Source: a virus. From it: DNA of 64,000 nt. The stretch is taken from positions 1 to 64,000 of IMG/VR virus record IMGVR_UViG_3300046008_000478; one strand, given 5' to 3'. Positions 27,022 through 36,427 of this stretch are shown here, piece after piece. The notes under the pieces were generated by a model that searched no databases, was not told where the DNA came from, and worked only from the letters and a program-made list of their open reading frames with translations. Each line of letters begins with the position of its first letter. Positions within the stretch are counted from its first letter, which is position 1. Made by a program: the position numbers and the translations under genes.

Positions 27022-28686
27022 ATGCGCGGACTCGGACTCTCTGTTGCTGGGTTGGCATCTCGGTCATTGACCCAGATCCAGCAAGCCATCTCCCTCCTAC
27101 GCACCTACGGCACCAACGCCAATGCATTCGTACCGGGCGTTGGCTGGCTGAACGGCCTCCAAGCTGCTAACTACCTAGACAGCGCAGGCACAACGCCCGG
27201 CACAGTGGATCAGCCTGTTGGGTTGGTGCTGGATGCGGAGGGGGTGATGGGGGTGGAGTTGGTTACGAATGGTGACTTTAGTGCGGGGGCTACGGGGTGG
27301 ACTGCTGGCGGTTCTGATAGCAGTTTTACTGGCGGTGTGGCTACCTTGCCCACAGGCAACACAAGCAAAGCGCAGACATCGGCGGGAATTACAGTAGCCG
27401 GGAAAACATACCGAGTTCGGTACGATGTCTTAACTACGAATGGTGGGTCACTGGCTCCTTATTTTGGAGGAGTAACACAAAACCCTTACTGGGATGCAAC
27501 CAGCCCCGCAGGAACGCGAGAGTTCACAGCGTTGTGTACGGCAACCGGGCAATTCTCTATGGTGTCGTTTGGTTTCGTAGGCACCATCGACAACGTCAGC
27601 GTCCGCGAGATCACCGGCATCCACGCAAGTCAGAGTACGACGCCATCGAAACCCGTGCTGCGGCGCGGGGCTGTGAATCTGCTGCCGTATTCACAGGCTA
27701 ATTCAAACTGGGTTTCTGACGCTGCATCTACTGTTGTTACGGACAATAGCGCGGTGGGCGTACAAGGTGCGGCAACAGCATCTACTTTCACAATTACAGG
27801 CGCTGGATATAAGTACGGGGCAGCAGCAGCAAACACAAGCCTAGTTATGACGGGGTGCGCTTGGATTAAAGGCGCATCAGGGACAGTTGCTTTGCGACTC
27901 GCCTCAAACGGCTCTGCGGAAACCGCAAGCACAGTGGTGACGCTAACTGGGGAATGGCAGTTTGTGGTGGTACAGCTAACATCAACAGGTGCCCCCGGCA
28001 GTTACAAACTTGGGATAGACAATCGCGCACTCGCCGGGGCAGACACAATTACTAAAGCGGTAATGCTGGACGGCGCAGCCCTATTCCAAGGCACCTACAC
28101 ATCCTCCCAAATCCAAGCCCTCGGAGGCATCCCGCTGACCACCACAGCACCAGCAAGCACGGCACTTGGCCCGTATTTCTGGCAGTTCGACGGTGTAGAC
28201 GATTCGCTGGCAAACCTATCGACTGCTATTTGCCAGCTTTCTGATGACCACTGCTTCGGCGTGGCGGGTCAGGCTGATTCATCGGCTACAGGGGTATTTC
28301 TCAGTCAGAACGGATCAGCCAACTCTCGATTGCAGCTTTATCAATCCGGCACAAACCTCGTTATGGATTGGGCTGATGATGCGGCGGTGACGGTAAACAA
28401 GACAATTGCAAATGCTGTTGGCTCTAAATTCGTCGCATCCGTTCGGTCTATTGGCGGGAATAAGACGCTTTCCTTGGATTCTGTTGTTAGCGGGATAACG
28501 TCCACAGCGCAAGGCACCGGAACTTTCACCGACTTTAAGTTGGGTGCAAACGGTGTTGGCGTGTCGAGTGCAAACTTCCAGAAAGGAAGAACATTTGCAG
28601 CCTACGCAATAAAGGGTTCTGTCAGTGATGCTGACCGATTGGTCTTTGACCGACTCCTAGCGTCCCTGCAAGGTCGCACGATATGA
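27022..28686 (+). CDS. Head/tail fibre with carbohydrate-binding and LamG-like modules
   Basis: DQPVGLVLD, ELVTNGDFS, IDNVSVREI, FDGVDD motifs. Confidence 0.7.
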   Translation: MRGLGLSVAGLASRSLTQIQQAISLLRTYGTNANAFVPGVGWLNGLQAANYLDSAGTTPGTVDQPVGLVLDAEGVMGVELVTNGDFSAGATGWTAGGSDSSFTGGVATLPTGNTSKAQTSAGITVAGKTYRVRYDVLTTNGGSLAPYFGGVTQNPYWDATSPAGTREFTALCTATGQFSMVSFGFVGTIDNVSVREITGIHASQSTTPSKPVLRRGAVNLLPYSQANSNWVSDAASTVVTDNSAVGVQGAATASTFTITGAGYKYGAAAANTSLVMTGCAWIKGASGTVALRLASNGSAETASTVVTLTGEWQFVVVQLTSTGAPGSYKLGIDNRALAGADTITKAVMLDGAALFQGTYTSSQIQALGGIPLTTTAPASTALGPYFWQFDGVDDSLANLSTAICQLSDDHCFGVAGQADSSATGVFLSQNGSANSRLQLYQSGTNLVMDWADDAAVTVNKTIANAVGSKFVASVRSIGGNKTLSLDSVVSGITSTAQGTGTFTDFKLGANGVGVSSANFQKGRTFAAYAIKGSVSDADRLVFDRLLASLQGRTI

Positions 28687-28804
28687 CCTACCTAACCCAC
28701 TTCCTAGCCTACACCGTGGGCCTCCTTTGCGGGGTCTGTGGGGTCTTGATGGCAATGGCAAACACCGGGCGCTGCGATAACTGCCCACAGCACAAGGATG
28801 CCCA

Positions 28805-29443
28805 ATGAGCTACGACAACACCCTGACAATCAAGCTGCCTTTCGCACTGGCTGACATTGCTTCGCGCATTGGACCGAAAGGCGGGAAGGTACACGTCAAA
28901 ACCGGACATATTGGAACGAAAGGCCATTCTGGTCCCGTGATTAATGGGCCTAGTGACATTACGGCAGAGCTTGCCAGTAAGGTGTTTTCATACAACCAAG
29001 ATACCGGTGTCATCACCAGAGTAATAGCCATCGGCGGGAAGACGCCCGGAGAAATAACGCAAGTGGACCGCTCTGGCTACATAAAAACATCTTTCATGGG
29101 AGTCCAGTTGCGTGGGCACAGGCTCGCTTGGCTGCTGCACTATGGAGAGTTCCCTGCGGTTGGAATGGAGATTGACCATATCAATCATGACAAGACAGAC
29201 AACAGAATCAAAAACCTGAGGTCTGTCACGAAATCCACAAACCAGCACAACCTATACAAATCAAGACCCCAGAGTAAAACAGGGTTGCTTGGGGTATCGA
29301 AAGCTAACCAGAAGTTTCAAGCGGAGATCGTTGCGCCGGGTAGCAAGAGGAAGTACCTAGGGGTGTTCGATACGCCAGAGCTTGCGCATGAAGCCTATAT
29401 GCAAGCCAAAACAAAATACTACCCCGGAGTGATGACACCATGA
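28805..29443 (+). CDS. HNH(-AP2-like) homing endonuclease fused to a captured host gene start
   Basis: HRLAWLLHYG...IDHINHDKTDNRIKNLR...N, KYLGVFDTPELAHEAY. Confidence 0.9.
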   Translation: MSYDNTLTIKLPFALADIASRIGPKGGKVHVKTGHIGTKGHSGPVINGPSDITAELASKVFSYNQDTGVITRVIAIGGKTPGEITQVDRSGYIKTSFMGVQLRGHRLAWLLHYGEFPAVGMEIDHINHDKTDNRIKNLRSVTKSTNQHNLYKSRPQSKTGLLGVSKANQKFQAEIVAPGSKRKYLGVFDTPELAHEAYMQAKTKYYPGVMTP

Positions 29444-29796
29444 GCGGCTACGACCAAAAATTATCAATAACTCTCCCTGCGGAATTAGCAGATATTGCAT
29501 CCCGTATAGGTAGGGCAATGGATAGTGACGTTGGCGGCGATAAGAGCTTCACCCGCATCGTGACAGGCTATGCGGACGGCAAGCCCGTGTACGGCGACAC
29601 GATCAGCATGACCACGCCGTGCACCAGCACATTCAAAGAGCAAGCCATTGCAATGCTGGCCGACCCTGTGCTGCTGCACTTGGCAGTTGAAGCTGACTAC
29701 GCGGTGCGTTGGGTTGATCTTGTTGCGCCTACGCTTGCTGAGTGCCGAGCGTTTTGTGATGGGGTGATTCCTGAGCCCGTACCAATCAAGCTGTAA
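29440..29796 (+). CDS. Hypothetical fibre-associated protein with recoded N-terminus
   Basis: ATGA-coupled to HNH; first 24 aa paralogous to HNH ORF start. Confidence 0.7.
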   Translation: MSGYDQKLSITLPAELADIASRIGRAMDSDVGGDKSFTRIVTGYADGKPVYGDTISMTTPCTSTFKEQAIAMLADPVLLHLAVEADYAVRWVDLVAPTLAECRAFCDGVIPEPVPIKL

Positions 29797-29814
29797 CCAG
29801 CCACACAACAACAC

Positions 29815-29837
29815 AAGCAGCTTCGGCTGCTTTTTTT
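29815..29837 (+). terminator. Intrinsic terminator
   Basis: AAGCAGC-TTCG-GCTGC-T7. Confidence 0.85.
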
Positions 29838-29921
29838 ACGTCCAGATTCTTAGCCCCTGGGAAACCAGGACAGTTCAGAGCCCAGTTCGCTGGCTCTTCA
29901 AAGCCCGTGAAGGAAAACACC

Positions 29922-30905
29922 ATGGCAACGTCCCCCGAAAAAGCACAACAAGACCAGCAAGACTTCGCGTCTGCTTACAACGAGGAGCAGTCCGCTGCAC
30001 CGCAACAGACCGAGGACGAAGCATTCGGCATTGAGCCTGAAGCGCATGAGACCCTGGTCGAAGAGGAGGCAGAGCCAATGGACGCGTCTGCCGCAGAAGG
30101 CGGAGCTGAAGGCCAGGCCGGCAACGACGACCAGGGATCTGCGCCAGCATTGGTGGTGATCGAGCCAGGCGCCACCGATAGCAGTGATGTGCAGGAAGAA
30201 GATCCCAAAGACATCCAGCGCCAGAAGTCCTGGGAAGGCCGCTTGAAGGCCAAAGAGGCTGAGCTCAAGGCGCGCGAGGAGGCTTTGAACGCCCCAGCAG
30301 AATCCACGCAAGAGCCAATGGAGGCGGGCGAGACCGCATCAGAAGAGTCCGCCGAGCCAGCCGTCACCGAAAAGATCGAGGAGACCGTGGAGAAGGTTGC
30401 ATCCGGAGAGATGACGGCCGACGAGGCTATGGCCTCACTGAGCCAGGACTTTGGCGAGGACTTCACCAAGATGCTAAGCCTGTTGATCGAATCCAAGGCC
30501 AGTGAGATCGCCGGCAAGACCGCCGACGAGCGCGTCTCCAAAGTGGGAGGCCAGCTGGACAGCATCGTTAGTGAGATCGTGGACGACAAGTCACGCATGC
30601 ATTACGAGTCCATCGCAGAAGCCCACCCTGACTTCGAGGAAGTAGCCGGTAGCCCCGAGTTCAAAGAGTACATCGACGCTATGGATGAGACGGCCAAAGA
30701 TGCCGCCATGCAAGTCATCGAGCAGGGCAGCTGGCGCCAGATCGTGAAGTTGCTCAACAGCTTCAAGGAAGCCGGCAAGCAACCAGAGCAACAAGACGAG
30801 TCCGGCATGGACGCGGCTGAAGGCGTGCGCTCCAAGGGCGCCCTACAGATCCCTAACAAGCCATCGAACTCCAAGGATTACGAAGAATCCTGGAACGATT
30901 TCTGA
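29922..30905 (+). CDS. Capsid scaffolding protein
   Basis: Highly acidic, KSWEGRLK, IAEAHPDF; directly upstream of major capsid. Confidence 0.75.
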   Translation: MATSPEKAQQDQQDFASAYNEEQSAAPQQTEDEAFGIEPEAHETLVEEEAEPMDASAAEGGAEGQAGNDDQGSAPALVVIEPGATDSSDVQEEDPKDIQRQKSWEGRLKAKEAELKAREEALNAPAESTQEPMEAGETASEESAEPAVTEKIEETVEKVASGEMTADEAMASLSQDFGEDFTKMLSLLIESKASEIAGKTADERVSKVGGQLDSIVSEIVDDKSRMHYESIAEAHPDFEEVAGSPEFKEYIDAMDETAKDAAMQVIEQGSWRQIVKLLNSFKEAGKQPEQQDESGMDAAEGVRSKGALQIPNKPSNSKDYEESWNDF

Positions 30906-31152
30906 TCTGAAAAGAATCCGCGGCTCACAAGGCCGCAACCCCGTGTTGGTGGGTTACCTCACCGCCTTGCCTAGTGGGCGTAATCACTAGGCAATTTTCG
31001 GAGCACGACATCAGTCGCGCTGACAGCACGCTCGGGACAAGGCATCACGCCTCCCCATAAAGAGCGTCGTTGGTCTGCATACGGCAAACGAGTCAAGTCG
31101 CTCCTTTTGATGGCCTCCGGGCCTTGTTTTTTTAGTCTCAAAAGGAAACCAC

Positions 31153-32136
31153 ATGTCCACAGTAAATTATGGCGATATCTCGCCACGTACCGCCGCTTAT
31201 GCAGAAAAAGAATTGCTCAAGCGCGGCCTGCCCTACCTGGTGCTGGAGAAGTTCGGTCAAGCCAAGGCTTTGCCAAGCAACTCCACCAAGGTGGAAAAGT
31301 TCCGTCGCTACAACGCACTGAGCAACACGCCCGTCTCCCTGACTGAAGGCGTGACACCCGCATCGCAGACTCTGTCTGTGACCGACATCACTGCGACTCT
31401 GCAGCAGTACGGTGGCCTGGTCCAGATCACTGACGTGATTTTGGATACCCATGAAGACAACACGCTGAATGAAGCGGTTATCTTGCTGGGCGAGCAAGCT
31501 GCCCAGATGATCGAGAAGATGCGCTACGGCGTGGTCAAGGCCGGCACCAACGTGCAGTACGCCAATGGCGCATTGCGCACCGCAGTGAACACTGCTTTGA
31601 CGACTGCTATGCAGCGTAAGGCTGTGCGCGCTTTGAAGCGTCAGAACGCTCGCCCCATCACCACCATCGTTCGCTCCACGCCATCGTTTGGAACAGAGAA
31701 CGTGGCCCCTGGATTCGTTGGTCTGATTCACCCCGACTTGGAAGGTGATGTCCGCACTATGACTGGCTTCACGCCAGCTGAGAAGTACGGATCGATCTCT
31801 CATTGGGAGAACGAAATCGGCAAGGTTGATGACGTGCGCTACGTGTCCAGCACGATCTTTGAGCCCTTCGTTGATGCAGGCGGTGCCAAAGGCTTGATGT
31901 TGTCCACCTCCGGCACCAGTGCTGACGTGTACCCCGTGATCTACCTGGGCCGCGATGCCTACGGTTTGATCGCGTTGAAGGGTCAGTACGCATTGACACC
32001 AATGGTTGTCAACCCCAAGCCAAGCGATTCCGATCCATTGGCGCAGCGCGGCTCCGTGAGCTGGAAGGCTTACCAGACTGCAGTCATCTTGCAAGATGCT
32101 TTCATGGTAAGGGTTGAGGTAGCAGTCACTGCATAA
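31153..32136 (+). CDS. Major capsid protein, N4-gp56 family
   Basis: YGDISPRTA, FRRY, LTEGVTP, EIGKVDDVRY, SDSDPLAQRG.V.WK. Confidence 0.92.
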   Translation: MSTVNYGDISPRTAAYAEKELLKRGLPYLVLEKFGQAKALPSNSTKVEKFRRYNALSNTPVSLTEGVTPASQTLSVTDITATLQQYGGLVQITDVILDTHEDNTLNEAVILLGEQAAQMIEKMRYGVVKAGTNVQYANGALRTAVNTALTTAMQRKAVRALKRQNARPITTIVRSTPSFGTENVAPGFVGLIHPDLEGDVRTMTGFTPAEKYGSISHWENEIGKVDDVRYVSSTIFEPFVDAGGAKGLMLSTSGTSADVYPVIYLGRDAYGLIALKGQYALTPMVVNPKPSDSDPLAQRGSVSWKAYQTAVILQDAFMVRVEVAVTA

Positions 32137-32147
32137 CGTGAAAATGA

Positions 32148-32195
32148 TTGACCTCTGATGCGTACTCCATGGCACAATGTGCCAAAGGAGTGCGC
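32148..32195 (+). promoter_or_regulatory. RBS-sequestering hairpin and candidate internal promoter for HNH gene
   Basis: GCGTACTCC(32160-68)/GGAGTGCGC(32187-95) plus TGGCAC/GTGCCA; TTGACC-19nt-CACAAT. Confidence 0.6.
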
Positions 32196-32198
32196 ACC

Positions 32199-33008
32199 AT
32201 GCCAATCAAGAAATGCGAGACATGCGGGTCTGAGTTTCAGGCCCGTCTTTCCAAGATCAGAACCTGCAGCACGAAGTGCAGAAACCAACTGATCTCGTCG
32301 GAGCGAGAGCAACGACACAAGGCCACCAAGCAGTGCGTGGTCTGCGAAAAGGAATTTGAAGTTGGTGCCAGTGACTCGAAGAGGCTGACATGCTCAGATG
32401 AATGCGGATACAAACTGCGCGGTTCAAAGACCAGTAGAAGCGTCCGACTTCAGTGTGCTACGTGCAACAAGAGCTTCTTGACAAAACTCTCCCAGCTATC
32501 CCAACCAGGTGGCGGAAAGTATTGTTCTAAGGAATGCATGTACCAGCGCAACTCTAGCGAGACAAATCGAGAGTGCGTGTGCTGCGGGAAGATGTTTACA
32601 TCACCGCCAAGCCAAATGCATGTTGTGACGTGCTCCACAGAGTGTGGGTATGAGTGGTTTTCTGGACCGAGACGTGTTAACTACATAGGCGCCACCAAGC
32701 GAATCATTCGTAAGGATGGGACCAATGGGGTGACATTTACCAGATGGTACTCAGCCAAGAAGAATACGGAACGCCGCGTTAAGACACAAATGGCCACGCC
32801 GCCATGGGCAAATCTTGACGCGATTCGGACTGTGTATGACTTGGCCGCAAAGATGGAGTCCCTAACAGGTCAGCGCTACCACGTTGATCACATCGTTCCG
32901 CTTAACAGTAGGACGGTTTCGGGGCTGCATGTGCACCATAACCTTCAAGTTCTTCCAGCAGTAGACAACCTGCGAAAAGGCAACCGACACTGGCCTGATA
33001 TGCCATAG
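32199..33008 (+). CDS. Free-standing HNH endonuclease with tandem Cys zinc-finger repeats
   Basis: Four CxxC...CSxxC repeats; ATPPWA...YHVDHIVPL...VSGLHV..NLQVL...NLRKGN. Confidence 0.9.
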   Translation: MPIKKCETCGSEFQARLSKIRTCSTKCRNQLISSEREQRHKATKQCVVCEKEFEVGASDSKRLTCSDECGYKLRGSKTSRSVRLQCATCNKSFLTKLSQLSQPGGGKYCSKECMYQRNSSETNRECVCCGKMFTSPPSQMHVVTCSTECGYEWFSGPRRVNYIGATKRIIRKDGTNGVTFTRWYSAKKNTERRVKTQMATPPWANLDAIRTVYDLAAKMESLTGQRYHVDHIVPLNSRTVSGLHVHHNLQVLPAVDNLRKGNRHWPDMP

Positions 33009-33034
33009 AAATTTCCACCCCCGTGTGGAAAACC

Positions 33035-33067
33035 AAAAGCCTGCATCTCCGCGCTGCAGGCTTTTTT
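33035..33067 (+). terminator. Intrinsic terminator
   Basis: AAAAGCCTGCA-loop-TGCAGGCTTTTTT. Confidence 0.8.
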
Positions 33068-33104
33068 CATTACTGCGCGGGATTCAATCCAAAAGGAAAA
33101 CATC

Positions 33105-33629
33105 ATGTCCAAACTCTCCGATATCACCAACCAGGCCATCAAGGATCTGCTGGGAAATATGTGCTTCAGCAAGATCGCTCTGGCGGCTACCGGCGGTGCA
33201 ACTGCCACTGTTGCAAGCACCGGCGCAATCCTGTTCTCTAACGGCGGCCTGGCTTTGACCAAAGCTGCCTTGTCGGCCCAGTCAATCACAGCCACCCACT
33301 TCCTAAATGGAAAGCTGGCAGCCACCGCCAGCCAGGCGCTGCCTACTGGCAAGACCGCTTACTTTGTCCTGGGCTTGAGTGCCGCGGGTGCAGTGTGCGT
33401 CTCCCAGGGTGACTACGCCGGCCAGAACCTGAGCCAATTCAACATGGGCACCTCTGCCATGGGTGACGGCTCCGTGCCTGACGTTCCTGCGGGCTACACG
33501 CCCATCGGCGCCATCAAGATTGTCAACACCTCGGTGGGCGACTTCATTGCTGGCACGACCCTGCTGAACGTGGCTGGCATCACCGCCACCTACACCGACT
33601 TGTCTTTGATGCCTGTCGCCCTGGCTTAA
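33105..33629 (+). CDS. Probable capsid decoration/cement protein
   Basis: A/T/G-rich, strongly biased codons, follows capsid gene. Confidence 0.6.
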   Translation: MSKLSDITNQAIKDLLGNMCFSKIALAATGGATATVASTGAILFSNGGLALTKAALSAQSITATHFLNGKLAATASQALPTGKTAYFVLGLSAAGAVCVSQGDYAGQNLSQFNMGTSAMGDGSVPDVPAGYTPIGAIKIVNTSVGDFIAGTTLLNVAGITATYTDLSLMPVALA

Positions 33630-33647
33630 CCAGTAGCCAACCCGAAT

Positions 33648-33680
33648 GAGCCCCTGCGCAGAAATGCCAGGGGCTTTTTT
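33648..33680 (+). terminator. Intrinsic terminator
   Basis: AGCCCCTG-loop-CAGGGGCT-T6. Confidence 0.75.
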
Positions 33681-33709
33681 CATGTCTGTTTCAAACCCGA
33701 GGTAACCAA

Positions 33710-34069
33710 ATGTCCGATCCAAAAACAAAATCCCAGTCCCAGATTACAACCCTGGACAACGAGCCAAGCCAGGCGGAGATCCAAGCCAAGGTGGCCAACG
33801 TCGCCATGGCAACTCCTGGCGAAGGCATGTCTGGAAAGATGGAGATCGTCACGATCCACTCTTCCAGCGAAGACGGCGGCTCTGATGCGGTGTTCTTGTC
33901 GCACAACGGCTATGCCTACCAGGTGCCGCGTGACCAGCCATTCAAGATGCCAACCGAGGTGGTGCAGATCCTGCGCGATGCCAAGGTGACGTCGTACAAG
34001 CCGGGCCCTGGCGGCGCAGTGACTGAAAAGCAAATGCCACGTTTCGCGTTCTCCGCGCAACCTGCGTAA
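33710..34069 (+). CDS. Conserved virion-module protein
   Basis: VFLSHNG..YQVPR....P.EV..IL.DA...RF.F. Confidence 0.65.
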   Translation: MSDPKTKSQSQITTLDNEPSQAEIQAKVANVAMATPGEGMSGKMEIVTIHSSSEDGGSDAVFLSHNGYAYQVPRDQPFKMPTEVVQILRDAKVTSYKPGPGGAVTEKQMPRFAFSAQPA

Positions 34070-34087
34070 TAGAGTGGGCAGCCCATC

Positions 34088-34729
34088 ATGAAGCTGGAAG
34101 ATTTTTTCCCTTACATACTGGTGGAAACACCGGGCTGCCCCGATCCATTGGCGCGCCAGGCCCTGGTGTCTGCCGCCATTGAGTTCTGCAAGGAAACCAT
34201 GGCCTGGACCGAGTCGCAAGACCCAGTCACCCTGGTTGATGGCGTGTCGGACTACGAGCTGGAGGCGCCGCCACAAGCGATTGCTCTCACGGTTCGCGAT
34301 GTCTGGGTGGGCGCACGACGCCTGAACCCCATCACGATGCGGGCACTGCAGGATGTATTGCCCAACTGGGCCACCGCCGGCTCAAGCGACCCCGTTTACT
34401 ACAACTCCGCCACAGAGCGGGGATCGATTCGGGTATTCCCAATCCCAACCAATACAAGCGGCCAGTCGCTGGTGATGCGCTCAGCGTTCATCCCGGTGGC
34501 TGGAGCCACCTCGTTGCCAGACTTCATGGGCCAACGCCACATGGAGTTGATCGCAGCCGGAGCCAAGTGCCGATTGATGCTAATGCCCGGCGGAGCTTGG
34601 TCAAACCCGCAGTTGGGCGCTTATTACAAGCAGGTATTTGCAGAGGGCTTGATCAGCGTGCGCATCGATGAAGACCATGACCGGGTTCCTGGATCCGTCA
34701 CGGTGACGGCTCGCAGCTTTGGGTTCTGA
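34088..34729 (+). CDS. Head-tail adaptor / tail tubular protein A-like
   Basis: PGCPD......AAIEFC..T.AW; W.NPQL..YY. Confidence 0.7.
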   Translation: MKLEDFFPYILVETPGCPDPLARQALVSAAIEFCKETMAWTESQDPVTLVDGVSDYELEAPPQAIALTVRDVWVGARRLNPITMRALQDVLPNWATAGSSDPVYYNSATERGSIRVFPIPTNTSGQSLVMRSAFIPVAGATSLPDFMGQRHMELIAAGAKCRLMLMPGGAWSNPQLGAYYKQVFAEGLISVRIDEDHDRVPGSVTVTARSFGF

Positions 34730-34745
34730 TTTCTAAAGGCAACAA

Positions 34746-35399
34746 ATGACCATTACCGCCCAATCCATTGTGAAAGAGGTGCAAGAACAGCTGCAGGATC
34801 TTGAAGGCATCCGATGGGGTGCTCCTGAGTTGGTGGCGCACCTGAATGATGGTCAGCGCGAGATAGCGACTGTTCGGCCCGACCTCTACGCCACCATGAT
34901 GGCATTGCCTCTTTCTGTAGGCGCCCGGCAGACCCTCCCGGCCCAATGCATTGACCTGATCGAAATCATTCGCAATACAGATGGCCCAGCCGTGCAGGAG
35001 ACCGATCGCAAGATATTGGATCTGCTCAATCCATCCTGGTACACCAAGTTGGGTGCTGCGCTGGCGGTCAATTACTGCTACGACATCCGGGATCCCTACG
35101 TGTTCTACGTCTACCCGCCAGTCCTGGCCGGCGCAAGCGTTGATGCCGTGTGCTCAGTAATGCCTGATGAGGTTGCACTGCCAGGTGGCCTGGCATACGG
35201 CGCAGTCACCGGAAATATCTCAGGCAAGGACACCTGTAAGAACCCATTGATCCACTTTGTGCTGTTCCGCGCATTCTCCAAGGATGCAGAGTTTGGCGGA
35301 AATGTCAGCCTGAGCGCCGCGCATTACCAGATGTTCATGTCATTGCTGTCTACTGATTCGGGCGCCAAGCAAGCCGTCAAACCACAGGCGGGCGAATAG
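34746..35399 (+). CDS. Head-tail adaptor paralog (DUF6682-like)
   Basis: LQD....RW...EL...LNDGQ.EI...RPD; FYVYPP; RAFSKDAE. Confidence 0.75.
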   Translation: MTITAQSIVKEVQEQLQDLEGIRWGAPELVAHLNDGQREIATVRPDLYATMMALPLSVGARQTLPAQCIDLIEIIRNTDGPAVQETDRKILDLLNPSWYTKLGAALAVNYCYDIRDPYVFYVYPPVLAGASVDAVCSVMPDEVALPGGLAYGAVTGNISGKDTCKNPLIHFVLFRAFSKDAEFGGNVSLSAAHYQMFMSLLSTDSGAKQAVKPQAGE

Positions 35400-35400
35400 C

Positions 35401-35808
35401 ATGCTGGATACCAAACTTTCTAATTTGAGCGTGAACACCCAGGCGGATGCTCTGGCTGCGCTGTGCAATGGCGGGTTCCTGCATGTCTTTGATGGCACCA
35501 GGCCTGCTAGTGCAGATGCTGCGATCTCTGGCAATACTCTGGGTGTTGTGCTGTCGTTGGCAAATCCAGCCTTTGGCTCCGCTGCGTCCGGCGTCCTGGT
35601 GGCAAACGCCATCTTGGCCGGGGTTGCGTCAGCGGGCATCACTGCTACGTTTGCGCGCCTTGTAAAAAGTGATGGCGTCACCGTGGTCATGGATATTTCT
35701 GCTGGACCGTCTGGAGCGAATCTAACCATCGGGTCATTCACAGCCGGAACACTGGTCGGCGCCACATCCTTCACGCATGACGTGCGCAATGAAACGGCAG
35801 GGTACTGA
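35401..35808 (+). CDS. Virion structural protein
   Basis: FDGTRPASAD...PAFG.A.SG...ATFARL. Confidence 0.65.
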   Translation: MLDTKLSNLSVNTQADALAALCNGGFLHVFDGTRPASADAAISGNTLGVVLSLANPAFGSAASGVLVANAILAGVASAGITATFARLVKSDGVTVVMDISAGPSGANLTIGSFTAGTLVGATSFTHDVRNETAGY

Positions 35809-35809
35809 C

Positions 35810-36133
35810 ATGCCGCTCAACGACTATGAGGCTGACGGTTGTTCGATCAATGGGATTGATACGCCGGCCGTGTTGTCTACCTGCTCTGCGGGGCAGGCGC
35901 AAGGAATCTTGCCGACTGCGTTTTCGCGCTGGCTGTCCGGGGTAGTTCAGTCTGCCCAAGCCCAGTCCGTGGCGTCAGTCTTATTCAAGGGTCTTGCCCC
36001 CAGCAGCAACCCCTTGCAGTTGTATCTGCGCGCAGACAGTCTTTCTTGCGTTGTGCCCGCCGGCCGTAACCGCGTGTCTGTGCCTGCAACGCTGTTGCGC
36101 GTCGACATCACCCCTGAATTAATCACGGAGTAA
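35810..36133 (+). CDS. Hypothetical protein
   Basis: ORF filling gap in tail module. Confidence 0.5.
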   Translation: MPLNDYEADGCSINGIDTPAVLSTCSAGQAQGILPTAFSRWLSGVVQSAQAQSVASVLFKGLAPSSNPLQLYLRADSLSCVVPAGRNRVSVPATLLRVDITPELITE

Positions 36134-36136
36134 CCC

Positions 36137-36427
36137 ATGTCGATCCTTGCCAAATACGAAAAACAACCAGTGGAGGCGCTGGACTACGAGGTGAACTATT
36201 CCGAGTGGCTGGCGTCCGTGGGCGACGCCGCAACTGGAAATGGAAACCTGATCGTGGTTGCGGATGCCGGAATCACCATCGGCACGACGACCCTCCTGAA
36301 TGGCTTGGCCAAAGCGCGCATCTCAGGCGGCGCGGATGGTGTTACCTACAAAGTCACGTTCACCGTCACCACGGTGGGCGCCCTGGTCAAGCAAGCTGAA
36401 ATCAAAATTAAGGTGAAGGAAATCTAA
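36137..36427 (+). CDS. Fibre-tail adaptor-like protein
   Basis: KQP.E.LDY.VNYS.WL...ISGG.DG.TYKVT. Confidence 0.65.
   Translation: MSILAKYEKQPVEALDYEVNYSEWLASVGDAATGNGNLIVVADAGITIGTTTLLNGLAKARISGGADGVTYKVTFTVTTVGALVKQAEIKIKVKEI

Noticed and set aside
28873-29511. Ribosomal bypass joining the two LADIASRIG copies
   Set aside because: Gap over 600 nt, non-matching codons (GGA vs GGT), and the downstream copy has its own coupled ATG
31138-32205. Long antisense ORFs (e.g. 31138-32205, 48719-49639, 1057-1902)
   Set aside because: Shadows of GC3-biased genes on the opposite strand, with no RBS or recognisable motifs
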